Positions 37,520 through 49,689 of a stretch of DNA of 64,000 bases are shown piece by piece. Under the pieces are notes generated by a model. The model saw nothing but the letters and a program-made list of their open reading frames with translations. It ran no database searches and was not told the origin of the DNA. The stretch is taken from the NCBI GenBank assembly GCA_964036045.1, contig OZ038379.1, positions 14,322,001 to 14,386,000 on the forward strand. The letters run 5' to 3'. The stretch is from Eutreptiella sp. 'Long Island Sound 2002' (taxonomy: Eukaryota > Protista > Euglenida). Within the stretch, counting starts at the first letter, position 1. Each line of letters opens with the position of its first letter. Position numbers and translations under genes: made by a program.

Positions 37520-38323
37520 GTAGGTTGTTTGTGGTATTTTTTTTTGGCAATATTGAAAACGAGTGTCTCAAGATTCAATTGAAAGATGATGGTGGTTGGT
37601 GGTGGTTCATTGGGTCGTTCATTGGCATTCCAATCGAAGTGCCGCAATGTGTGTTGTAAGGTCTATTGACGTGTTTTTTGATGGCCCCCAGCAGCCCGGG
37701 GACTGGTAGAAAAGACCAATTCTGGGATGTTGATCATGAAACATCGAGTCCAAGTAGACGATCTACAGCCACATCCTCGTTTGTGGTGGGGAGAAAGAGG
37801 CCAGACGCAGGGCATCACGTTGTATTCACTGACCTACTGGAGTTGCTACCACCACACAAGCTGTGGGACTTGTGCAATAGGTGCGCAAAAGCAACAGCAT
37901 TGGTACTCAGAACTGCTATGTCTTGGTGGTGCAAAGTTAGTGCGGAAATGCAAACTTACTCATGGCCCTAGGATGCCGTTTGTCGTTTCGTTTTGTGTGC
38001 ACGGATAACCATTCTGAAAAATTCTTAACAGAGTGGGTTCCATGGTGCGCATACTAATTTTTTCTACTGCGCACAGCAGAATATGGGGTGGATCAACCAA
38101 CATGTCCAACAGTGTCAAAGGTGTGTTCATAGGGGGGTTCAAAAGGGGGGCGTTTCTGCACATGGTTACCTACAGGCATATGTGTACATGTCATGCGGAA
38201 CGCCGTTGCACGCCCGTTCTAAGCCCATTTCAGAAGGGGACATTGTCTTCTGGGGGGGGGGGGGGGGGTGAAAAAGGCAGTACCCGTTTGGAGTAGCTGG
38301 GCATGTCGGGTTTTCACTTCCGA

Positions 38324-38686
38324 GGGGGGGTCAATAGAACCCCCCAAAACTGCTAGGGGGGGGGGGGGGGGTTCGGGAAAAGGGTTCAATTGACAGGCAC
38401 CTTTAATCAGTCATATAGAAGTTGGGCGCCAAAGGCGCCGAAAATTTTTTTGAGCATTAAAATTGGTCGATTTTTTTTTCACCAATTATATGGCAAATGA
38501 TGATTTTTCTGACCCCCCATCAACGGGCTTATTCCAAAAATCTCATTCTCTTTTTTTCCCCCGATTTTGGGGTTTGGGTCACCTCCAAGGCCTGGGGTCA
38601 GACTCGGTAGGATTTTTGGGGTCCTGTCAATTGAGCCCTTTTTGGAGGAGGGGGGGGGTCCGGCTAGAGGGCTCTATCGCCCCCCC
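38324..38686. mobile_element. MITE-like element with imperfect terminal inverted repeats
   Basis: Left gggggggtcaatagaaccc...aaaagggttcaattgacagg versus right cctgtcaattgagcccttttt...gggctctatcgcccccc. No coding capacity. The internal palindrome ggcgccaaaggcgcc is present. No TSD identified. Confidence 0.55.
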
Positions 38687-40134
38687 TCCCCCCCTGGAAA
38701 CGAAAACCCGGCCTCCCCTGTATCTTTCTATCTATGCAGCTTGTACTATGCTGTACACTGGCTTGTGCGCTTCCATGGGGTCATCACAGTGACACCTAAG
38801 GTTTAATTCTTAGCCCATCAAGCCGTTTCTCAACTTCAGTGTGTCTTTTTACTGCTAGTAGTAAAAGTACTGCAACACGACACATCGTGCTGAATACATG
38901 TAGTATGACCATAAAACTATGGCCATGCCCCTAACCCGTATTACTCGGGCATATACCCTTTTTAGTGTCGAACCATTAGCGCCCAGCAGAGGGTTCTAAG
39001 GGGTGTGGTGCGCTCCATGATGTTTTCACGTATGTGTGGGTCCCATGAGGAACGTAGCCCGCTGACCTGCTTTCACACTTTCAATGCAATTTTTTTGGTG
39101 ATATAATGCACACTAAGCACATGGCCTGCTTCATTTATAGGCAGCCTTTGCGGGATACCTCCGTGGTTGAGTTTTGGCGTTACCTGCGCCTAGGGGCGGG
39201 TATGTCAAGCCAGCCAAGGCCTGCGCTGGTTGCTGTTGCTGGTGGCGGCTTTTTCTAGGGTGATTCTACAAATCATCATTGAAGAATATGTTGCATAAAG
39301 GATTGATGGGCAACAGGTGGAATGCTAAGATGCAGGGGGGGGGGCATTAGCGCACCAAGCATATTTTTTTTCACCATTCCCCACTCGTGTCTGTTTTTGC
39401 CCCCACTTCACCAAACAAGTTGGAGTATCTTCTCGCCGTGTCTAATATTTGGGCCCATCTTTTGCACCCGGTTTATGACGATGGCAAGGGTGGTCGTTGC
39501 AAGTGGTGAGAGTGACATTTTGTGTCTTTGAAATTTCATATTTCGGCTTGTACAAGGTGCTTTGCACAGAAGATTTGCGGTGTAGTGCGGTCTACTTGGG
39601 TGCTTTCCCAAGGTGAGCACAAACTTGGAGCTAGAGATAGCATGCTTAATACAAAGGTAGTGCTCCGGGCATGTGCTAGGCGCGCGCCGGGCAGACATTC
39701 CTCTAGGGCATGTGTTGCGCAAAATTTTGGTCAATGGACATTTGGTCCGAATCACTTTTTTGTTGCCTCCATGTGGGAAGGAGAGGCGGCATGACCGTTT
39801 TTCATGTTTTGGAGATTGTTGATGCAATGGTTCATACAGCATGCTATCTGGTTTCGGCCAAGCTGATTGCATATTGGTATGCAACTTGTTGGTGATGCAG
39901 GGTGCATGGGCCCATGGGCATTTGGTCTTGGGTACGTCAACCTCATCCAGCGATGAAATTCGTAAAGTGTTTCTAGTATAATAGTAGTGTAATGTAGGAA
40001 AACTATGCCTGCAAGCAAACTACCATCAAGTATGAGAAACGTATTTTTTTTTGCCATTGGCCCATGGCTCATTTGGATTCCCGTTGTGTCCCATTGATAT
40101 ATTACTATACCCCCCTCTCCTTAAATTCACTTAA

Positions 40135-41225
40135 CAACAACAAGCAAGCAAGCACGTCACGTTTCCGTTTCGGCCGTTACTTCCTCCCAACGCCTTGGAT
40201 CTTTCTTTAATCTAGCCATCCTATTCCCTAAGTGCTGGCTTTGCTAAATCCAAATTTTGAGCCGAAAACTCACCGCCGGCGCCCTATGCGGGGGTGCCAA
40301 GTCGGAAGGTGCCTTGCTAAAATGGCGCATTTTGTGCCTCGAAAGAGCTTTTTCTGGCCCAAAATGGCCCCAAAAGACTGTCAAATCGGCCAAACGAAGG
40401 GAAACGCTTGCTACAATGCACATGCGCCTTGATTGCCCAATGACCATAAACCCTTTCTTGCCCTCTAATTCCTCAATATGTCCGTGAAATGGCCCAAAGA
40501 TGGCCAAAAATGGCCTGAATGTGCGCTGTTTGTGTGAAATTGTTCCTAAACCAAGAATGGGCCGTATCATGGGCTATGTGGCTCAAATCCCAATTCCGAG
40601 GGCACCTAGTCCACCCGCAATCCTCCACGTCTTGTGGTTTCCAAGCCTTAGACTCATTGATGAGACGCCTAGACTCTCATACCAATGGTCACTTGGTGGA
40701 GCCGTAGGGCAGCCCGGCTCGCACACGATGGGGGCTAGCGGTGGGTCCACCAGGGTCCTCAGGGCGAAAAAGAACATTTTTTCCAGAATTATTCATAGAC
40801 CACTTGGCATGCTCAAACAAGTGCTTTTGGCCTATTTTGAGCCCGTGGTCGCCTGTTTTGGCCCATTGAAAAACCCAAAATGCCTTGAAAATGGACCGTT
40901 TCGGGACCAAAAATGGGTCAAACAATGGGTCAAAAATGTATTTTTCCAAAAGTGATCCTGGACCATTTTCGGCGCACAAACAAGTGTTTGAGCCCATTTT
41001 GAGCCTGTAGTGACACATTTTGGGCCATGGAAAATCTCGTAATGCTAATAATCTTGAAAAGGGGCCCATTCGGGACACAAAATGGGTCAAAATCGGGTGG
41101 AAAATGCATCTTTGCAAAAGTGATCCTAGATTGTTCGGGATGCTTAAACAATTGTTTTTAGCCCATTTTGAGCTTGTGGTGATGCGCTTAAGGCCATGAA
41201 GAATCCCATAACGCCTTGAAAGCGG
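40135..41225 (+). repeat. Dispersed copy of the repeat family that forms most of the 1185-bp unit
   Basis: Shared strings in the same order: agcaagcaagcacg, ggccaaacgaagggaaa (40388 vs 53305), aaaatgccttgaaaatgg, aaaatgggtcaaa. Clearly diverged from the array copies. Confidence 0.75.
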
Positions 41226-42954
41226 GCCGTCTCTGCCCCCCCCCCCCCCAAGACCCCATTCAGGCAGCAGCTCAGGAGCGCAAAGGGGATCGGGATGAGT
41301 TTGATTTGTATGTGACATATGACAGTGCTTTCTGAAATTGTGTTCCTCAACACATGAACAGGGTTCCTGAGATGACTCATCAACCAAAAAAGTCATTGGA
41401 ATTTTCTGTGCCACACTTGTGGGATGGGGTCTTATGCATGTGTGACCTTGTCATGAAAATACACAAAAAGAACAAAAATTTTCCATTCTTAAAGGTTCTT
41501 GAAACTATTTTGGGCATTATTTACGGTAGAAAATGTGTTTTGCGCACCAACAACAAGTTAAATAAAAGATGTAAAACAGTAGAACAATGACAAATAGCAA
41601 TGCATGGGCCATGCTACACGTTTTTCAAATTTTTTTGCAAAAAAATTTCAAAAAAATTTCCTTTGTAGAATTCATCAAAACGGGTACTTGCACCCTTATC
41701 AAGGCACACGCGGGCCCCTAAGGGGTAGGAACATCCTTACCCAGTCATAGGAAAGAAATCTAATCAATAGTTTATGGTCCCAAGATATAAAGGTACTCAT
41801 TAAACTACTTTTTCTTGTGAAACTTTTCAATTTATATGTAGTGGCATAGAAATTGGTCACTGGTATAGTTATCGGTCAGTTTACCTTAGATCCCCATAAT
41901 GGCAGGTGTTTTGTGGCCCTCTTTGACGTCTTCCGCACAATGGGCACCCCCAACGGCAGGGGCTATGAGCCTCCATGCCCACAACTGGGCCCCCAAGACG
42001 TCATGGGTTATGTCGCCACTTCTGATTTCTTCCCCACACTGGGGACCCCCTACACTGCTTATCCTAGAACCATAACACGTCAGTGGACCTGGATGCGCTA
42101 GATGCGAACAAAATGGTTAATGAAAAGCACGCACCACCAGAGCCCAATGCAGACATTGCAATTGGACCATTGATGCCCCGACTGCAACCAAAAAAAATCC
42201 CAAATCTTTGACCAAAAAACCCCTAGGCCCCAACCTTACCCCAAAAAAATCCCCCTTGGATTTTTTTTTGTTAAGAAATTGAGGGGGAGGTTTGGCACAC
42301 ACCACTTGCTCCTACTCTGCCAAACCCCCCCCAAAAAAAAAACTTCAGCATACTATACTACTCCTTCGGCATAGTTCTTCACCCTTTGTGCTGCACCACC
42401 CGAAGATCCACTTCTCAGGCTCAGAGTGGACTCCTGGGGCTATTTGTACTTTGAGAGAGTCCGCTATTCACACTAAGAGCGCTCCAACACCCAGTGGTGC
42501 CACTGAGAGATCAGGAGCAAGGCTACTGCATGGTGTGCCCTAGTCCGGATGGGTCGTGGGGCCAAATTCCCCACCCCCCCGTTGTGTGCCGGCCTTGGCA
42601 TGGGGCGCCACCAAAAAGAAGAAACAGCACTTGTAAGTGGTGGGACAATGGTCCCACTCTCCTCGAGTAAAACTAACTTCCTCCATTTCCCACGGGTGGC
42701 CGGGTGGGCTCCCACCCCTGGCAATTTTTTGAACCCACCCTCTTTACCTACAACCCAATACGTGAACAACCAATGCACCTATCTAGGGGGAATCCTTGCA
42801 CTGCGCGCAACTTTTAGCCTATGTTCCCCCCAAAGAGCTCCTAGGCATGCCCCTTGGAAAAACCCTTAGAACTAGGCGACCCAAACTGGAGTGGAGGGGA
42901 CCTTCCTGGTTCTTGTGGCATGGTGAAAGGACCAGAGGCCTTTGGGGGGAAATC

Positions 42955-43182
42955 TCACTGTGTGTTGGGCGGTGGAGATGGAGGGCAGTCAGGTGGCGAG
43001 TCTGAACTTGGGATGGCAAAAGAGATGGACTCCATCTTGCATAGCAGATTCACCACTCTCAACCCATCTTGGTAGCACTCCAAGTGGAGGAGTCCGTCTT
43101 CAGCCGTCCCAACCACCGTGGTAGGAGGTCGCAAGCCATTGGAGCGGGTGTAGAACACCTTATCCCCAATACTGAGATCCAT
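42955..43182 (-). CDS. Short ORF with an SH3/Tudor-like beta-strand pattern, probably repeat-borne
   Basis: MDLSIGDKVFYTRSNGLRPPTTVVGTAEDGLLHLECYQDG fits the xxGDxV...atVv pattern of small beta-barrels, followed by a Pro-rich tail. Pattern recognition only. Confidence 0.3.
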   Translation of the reverse strand: MDLSIGDKVFYTRSNGLRPPTTVVGTAEDGLLHLECYQDGLRVVNLLCKMESISFAIPSSDSPPDCPPSPPPNTQ

Positions 43183-45223
43183 GGAGAAAATGGGCCTAAG
43201 AAATGAGGAGGGAAGTATGATGTCCTGTAGCAGGCACCCTCAAAGTGTATCACCATATCAATCAACCGAGAAAAAGAGTAGATGTGGTGGAAATGGGCAA
43301 AAAATGTGTGGAAAAAAGTAGAAATGGGTGAAACAGGGTGAACTACCAAGCACCAACGGTCCCCAAGAAAATTTTGGCTCACTGTGGCATGCTTCAAGCT
43401 GTTGGTCAAGGGTACCATCATTTTCCGAAAGCGGCACAGGTTTCAAAAACCTGTGATGCCTCGGTAGTTTGAGTATCCTCAGGACTTGACATGTCAAAAC
43501 AACACCAAAAAAGCGAAAATCTGTGCAACAACAGAGAAGAACTGACAGGCAGAAATTTGCCCTTTCCGGGAATGGAACCCAGGATCCTCCAAACTGGCAC
43601 CTGGAACATAGACCACTGAGCAACCATCCAATTCTGAGACATCTGTGCAACAAAGGGTTCACAGGTTTGACATGTTATGAAAAAAATAGTCCACCATGTG
43701 AAAATTTTGGCTCGCTGCGGCATGCTTCAAAACCCCCACCAACAGCTCCCAGAATCGGGTGCTGCGGCATGCTGCAGAATGCTGCGGCATGCTGCTGCCG
43801 TTGGTGCTTACTTGTAGGCTACTACCAAACAACAATGATGCCCAAAGTACCACAAAGTATGGGCTTCTACTATGGCCAAACGCCCAAATAGTTGCACTGC
43901 GCGCGCACTGCACGCGCACTGCGCTTAAGGCGCCCCCCTAAGCCCGGAGGATTCCCTCAAAAAGCACACATGTACATACATCCAGAATTCCCAACCGGCA
44001 TACTCATTCAGCCTTTATGGTACTCCCTCCCGCATTGCCATCGGTGCGCGTTGCATGCATAGGCGGCCAATGCGCAGAGTCGTCAAGGACGCCCTCGTGC
44101 TTTGCCTGGGAGTCTCAACAACGGCTTCCACCCAAGCACCCAGCCACCCATGGCACCCATCTAGCAATCCAAGTGCTTGTTCTCATGCTCCTTCATCAAT
44201 GGCACCCACACATTCTCCTGTTCTGCTGTTGGATCCGTCCTTTGCCATACAGGAGGTTATTCAGCATTCCGAAAAACCACAAATTGCAACGTGCGGCGAT
44301 TCTAGCTCAGCCAAAGTGAATGCATTCCACGCAGATCAATAATAGCTGAGAGTTCTGCAGCAAGAACCTGCAAATTCTATTGCCTTCGGCAAGGCACCTC
44401 GACGAGAGAAAAAAATTGGATTATCAAAAAAAAAAAATCAGGTGCCACTAAACAACCCAAACAACAGCAATTTTGGGGCTTTCGGGGGGCCCATGGCGCG
44501 GGCTAAGTGGACCTAGCAGCTACTACGCGGGTCCCTATGGGTGCTCAAGTACCCATATTGTCACCAAATGATCACCCAAACCCATCTCAGGGGCAGCAGA
44601 ACATTTTTGGAAAAAGGCAAATTTTGAAGATTTTTCAGGTGCCCCTAAACAGCCTATCCAGCACAAAACTGGCCAAGTCGTCACCAGCAAGGGCACATCG
44701 GGGGGGGGGGGGGCGAACGGAGGTACCCGGAGTTTGGACCCCCAACCCCCGCCATGGATTAGAGGGTTGATATATAAGAAAAAAAGTTGTCCAGGACACA
44801 GGTCCAAATCCACACACAGCGGCCGCAATATGCAAGGAAATTTTGACCCCCCAGCCCCCCAGCCCCCCCAAAATGGGGTACCTGGGCAGGGGGGGGGGGG
44901 AATGGGGGTCAAAATTGAATTTTCTACAAGGGCTTAGATATCTGATACCATATCTTGGGGCATTCTGCGCGAACGAACCCCAAAAAGGGGGGGGGTATAC
45001 CACGCCCGTGCCTGCGCTTGATCTAACAACCTCTCTGTGAGGTGATTTGGCGCATCACCACAAGCAATCTCCGATTCCTTCCTGTGATCCGGGTCTGGCA
45101 GGTGGGTAGAAGGCGGCCGTCATGGGCAAAATTCGGGGGTAGCGGAGGATGGCTTCCGTCCCCTCAGGACCAAGCGCCTCCATTGCATCAGGATGCTCCG
45201 GCCATACGGGGCTCCAAAGAGCG

Positions 45224-48200
45224 TCAAAGGGCGCTTTCCTGTTTGGTTGCCGCCCGCTGAAACGCCGCACGGGACCTGCAGCGAGCGAGATACTGCTCTA
45301 GGCACTGCCGCACGTCAGGTTCCAACGCGACCAGCGCGTCAGGCAGCCACTCGATGCTCTCCGCCCACCCGAGGCAGTGCACAAACAGGATGTCCACTGC
45401 TGAAAAGTCCGCGCCGAGCAGGTAGTCCCCATCCCCCGCCTTCAGCTCCGTGGCAATGACCTTCAGCACGTTGTTGAAATGCGCACGTGCGTGACTGACG
45501 GCTTCAGGAATGGACCCAAAGAACTGTACGGATGGACACAGAGAGTGAGTCACCAGTCCCTCAGACACCGGCTGGGAAGTTCATGTGGTAATCCGCGCAC
45601 TCCACCCACACTCCACTCCTCACACCCCATACAGACCACACTACCCTGCTGGTACACCAGGTCAAGGTCCTGAATTCTGCACCCTGCACGCCCCCACGCA
45701 AGGGGGCCACAATGGGTCAGGTTTGCTTCACCGCAATTAGCTTCAACCGCGCCTGCCCCACGGTCTTCATTGCTCTCAGTTCAGTGTAGCAGATCACGCA
45801 GGGGGCACCCCACCACCACCACCCTGCGAAACTCTACCATCTTGTTGCGCGTTGATGGGACTTTGCGATGGGGTGTGGTCCTGGGATTTGGGGGTCTGCG
45901 GATCATGACCAAATCTTCGCAAAATGTGCACTGTGCAGGAACTCCCACAACAACGGTCATACCCCAACATAACTGAGCCCACGCCCTTACCGCACTCAAC
46001 GCCTGAGATACCTGCATCAGCAAGGGTGCGATTGCCACAGGTCACTTGCTTTGAACATGGGCGCTGTCCGGTCAACTGAATACTCATTGGACAAGGCGGG
46101 GACTGAGGGGGCGTTTTCGCACAGCGCGTGCACAGCACAGGCACAGCGCCAATTATTACGTTGTTTATCCCGGGAACACCCCTGAAAACCACCCACCTGC
46201 AGAAGGATGCATGATCAATTCAAAACAGCATGGGGTGCAGAATTCAGGACCCTGGGACCCGTGGCAAGCATCAGACTGACCAAAAAGATCCCTGGCGTAC
46301 CAGCAGGGGGGGTGTAGGGTGCAGAATTCAGGACCTTGGGATCTGTGGCTACCGGTGGTGGAAAACAGCCGCCTTTTTGCACAGCGCGGGCACAGCGCAC
46401 GGTGGCCCCCTAAAAATGATTTCTCAGGGGGGCCGGCGCTTATGGCAGGGAAGGGCCGGGTAGCCCCCCCCCCCCCCCCGGGTTGGCCTGTTGAACAAAA
46501 CTCACAAATACTTTGGACAACCACCAACGTCTCACTCTCTCACAAGCAAGGCAGCAGTCTTTAGAAAATAATCCTAATGTCACTTCTGCATCCAACCATG
46601 CAGAGACACCACAAGAGCCAAAAGGCTCAAAAACTAGGCAATCTAAATTCTTGGCCTGTAGATTTTGATTGAAAAAACCAAAGCAAGGCTGCATGTCAGT
46701 GTACGCCAGACATGCCACTAGCATCTGGCTAGATGTCGCTGGGACCCCCCTCAGTTTGATTGGTCCAGCAATTGCTGATGGTCCAGCTATTTTGCAGATA
46801 AAATGGATTATGGGCGTCACAGGCATAGCTGGTTCTGCCCCCAACTGGGATATGCCTGAGAGGCTGCTCTGTCCTCATTGCCAAATTGGGCATCCCCTGG
46901 GTATGGCCTCTTCTGTTACCTTCTGCTCCATGTTCCAGAGTCATCGGCAGCGTATGGCGAACGTGGGCCCAGCACTTGCCCCTGTGGTGCATTCGTGGCT
47001 TCTTGGCCCAGCACGTACTGAGGGGGAATCACACCAATTCGCCCGCACCCTCGTTCTCATTTGATACCAGGCCTTAGTCCCTGACGCTACTCGCAAGGGT
47101 GCAGTCAAAGATAGCCCAAGGTTCATACTCATTCAGAATCATCGGGGCCTAATCCGGGTCAGGGGGGGGAGGGGGGCGCATCGCTGAGGAACCGTCTCAT
47201 GGAGGCATGGCACCAGAGTTTGGTTCGGGACAGGCCTGGCTTCTTCTGGGGCGGCAGGGGGCGGGGGGGCGTGGCTCTCGGCCGTAGTTTTATGTCTAAG
47301 TCCTCTCTGGGGGGCGTGCTTCCCTAACCTTAACCGAGGACAGCAGAAGGGAGGGGGTCAGGAGGACGGTAGACAGGTGAACTGACAGAAAGGGGGCGGT
47401 CAGAGGTGCTGCGGGGTCCATGAGACGTGAAGAAGGTGTTGGTGGCGGGAAGAAGGTGGTGGGAGGGGCCCTGGTGGAGGGTTGTCATGCCGGTGGGGGC
47501 AAGCGTCCTTTATGACAGCAGTCAGCGCCTTCCACCTGATGGTCCTGGTGCGTCCACCTGTCAGCCACTGCACCTCACCCTCCTGGATCTCTGATTTCCT
47601 GGCTTTCATCTCAGGCCTGTACCGATTCATCCCTGCTTTCACCCTCATGCAGCTCCGGGCGAAGCATGAATTGGGATGTCCCAGATCAGTTTCATCTAAG
47701 TTCAATCTTCTGGCTGGATTTCTTGTCTGGCTCTGCGAGCCATGGGGCCTGTTTTCCCACAGTCCCTTCCGCTTTGGGCTTCGGCCGTTCTACTTGCACA
47801 CATTTTCTCTCCTACAAATGTGATGCACACATTCCGCCAGCTGCCTTCTGCCGGCTTCTCCAGGTTCAGGGGGATGACAAACCCCCAGCAAACCTGTGGG
47901 TTTGTACACACTTCATGATTGTCTCTCCTTTTGCGCCTGTCCAATGGGATTTTAAAAAATGAGTGTCGTTGGGAATCAGCCGCGCACCATGTGCCACTCA
48001 CTAATATCCGCTGCTTTCGCACCCGAAACTTGGTAGGAAGCAGCACCCGGTGTCTGACTCGGCAGCATGCCTCACCTGGCACAGGCTGGGGCAAGTCTGG
48101 ACTGGAGATGACCCAACGTGGGATGTGTATGGTCCTCCATGACTCAGTCCCAGAGCATCCGCACATGCCCTCACGGGTTTCGCAGCGGATATTACTGAGC

Positions 48201-48667
48201 GGCACATGGTATGGTCAGTTTCCCAGCCGGACACTAGTGGTGTGTGTGCCTGGGGCTCTCTACAACGGAGTGAACAAGGACGGCAGGAGCACCTGCCCGA
48301 GGGCCTCATGCTTGCGGTGGATCCACAGGCTCTGTGCGTCCATCTCTGCCACAATGCAGTGCGTCAGCTGCTCATAGCGGCCCCGCTGCGGCGTCCCGGG
48401 GGGCGGCACAAGGGCTGGGGTGCCCTGGACGCCACGGAACTTGTCGGCCAAGTACGCGTTGATAGCCCCGCTCTCATACATTGTGAAGTCCCCGTCCTGC
48501 AGCGTCGGGATTTTGCCGAAGGGGTTGACTGCTTTGGCCTCGCGTGACTGTGGCCGGGCCGGAACGTGGGTGTAGGGCACCCCCAACTCCTCCAGAAGCC
48601 ACATGTTGCGAAATGAGCGGAAGGCGCCATGGCCGATCAGTGTGAGGGTGTGCGGCGTGCCGGTCAT
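45224..48667 (-). CDS. Cytosolic glutathione S-transferase, two exons (48667-48293 and 45523-45224), 224 aa
   Basis: Exon 1: RSFRNMWLLEELGVPY, VNPFGKIPTLQDGDFTMYESGAINAYLADKF (cis-Pro and ES motifs of the GST N domain). Exon 2: YLLGADFSAVDILF (N-capping motif of the GST C domain). Phase-0 intron CAG|gtgctc...gtacag|TTC of 2769 nt; 125+100 codons with no stops. Confidence 0.93.
45663..46338. mobile_element. TIR element inside the GST intron
   Basis: caaggtcctgaattctgcaccctgcac (45663-45689) is the reverse complement of gtgtagggtgcagaattcaggaccttg (46312-46338) with 1 mismatch in 27. A third partial copy is at ~46232. Confidence 0.6.
46690..46920 (-). pseudogene. Possible decayed non-LTR reverse-transcriptase remnant in the GST intron
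   Basis: AIPRGCPIW* followed in the same frame by LVACLAYTDM, loosely resembling the GxPQGxPLS and YADD RT motifs. Weak. Confidence 0.2.
47986..48210. mobile_element. 225-bp TIR element or fold-back in the GST intron
   Basis: accatgtgccactcactaatatccgctgc (47986-48014) and gcagcggatattactgagcggcacatggt (48182-48210) are inverted, with 2 mismatches in 29. Confidence 0.6.
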
Positions 48668-49387
48668 GTGCTGAAGTGTGGGCACGGCGGTGGTGCTGAT
48701 TTCAACAATGCCATTTCGACTATTTCTCACCTTGGGGCATCAGTGCGGTCATGTGTGCATATGTGTGCGTGGGTATGTGAGTTTCTGAGTGAGTGAGCGA
48801 ATGACTGTGTGAATGAGCGAGTGAATGTGTGTGTGTGCGTGTGTGTGTGACACCGGGGCGGGGTTTCACCATTTTTCCCAGGTCTCCCTGTATGGCCACA
48901 CTGGTGTCCTCAGGTCGGGTCGCTCCCCATTAGTGAGGCCCACGGTGCAGGCCAGGGGTGCGTCCCTGTGTTGCCCCTTGACCAGTGCGATATGCACTTC
49001 AGGCCAGAACCTGGCTCGCTGCCCCAGGACCACCCTGGAAGTGGGGTGGTGTCTCCATGGCTTCCGCCGGGCCAGCTCCACCATATTAGTTCAATGAGCC
49101 CATCATCGCCATGTTGCCACGTGTATTGTGTGTGTATTGGAGCCTTTGAACATCCACATGGTGTTTGCTATCATACACCAAATCTACAGCCCTGTTTGCA
49201 CTGCAGCAATGTTCCCATGAATACGTTCCCATTGCATCCTTGCCGCCCTCTCACGAGAGCAAGACTGTGTACAGAGCATATGCCCTGGGGGGGGGGGGGG
49301 TTGCCGCAGACAAGTTCGACGGGAATAATTTCGGAAGGGGAAAATTTTGCCACCTGCAGAAATCCTGAAGCTCCAAACACACTTTAA

Positions 49388-49600
49388 TCTCTTGCTGGGC
49401 TGCGGATGATCGCTGTTGTTTCTTGGTGGGCTCTGGACGGTTGCTGTAATTTCCTAGTGGGCTCTAGATGGACACTATCATTTCCTGGTGGGCTCTGGAT
49501 GGTTCATGATATTTCCTGATGGGCTCTAGATGGTTGCTGTTGTTTCCTGGTGGGCTCTGGATGGTTCCTGGCGTTTCTTGGTGGCCTCTGGATGGTTCAC
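49388..49600. repeat. 31-bp minisatellite, about 7 copies
   Basis: Units tttc(c/t)tggtgggctct(g/a)gatgg... start at 49419, 49450, 49481, 49512, 49543 and 49574, with a degenerate one at 49388. Confidence 0.9.
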
Positions 49601-49689
49601 CGGCATGAAGATTGCACAACAAAGAAATGAGAAACCATTTTCTCTCACACCACAGAGTTGCTAAGGCACTGTACCAAAAGACACAGCTC

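Noticed and set aside
48668-48730. GTG-initiated N-terminal extension of the GST in the ORF track
   Set aside because: The stretch is bounded by gtgaga and cttcag splice-like signals; ATG 48667 gives a normal-length GST.
49388-49600. CRISPR array
   Set aside because: The 31-bp units are contiguous with no unique spacers, there are no cas genes and the context is eukaryotic.
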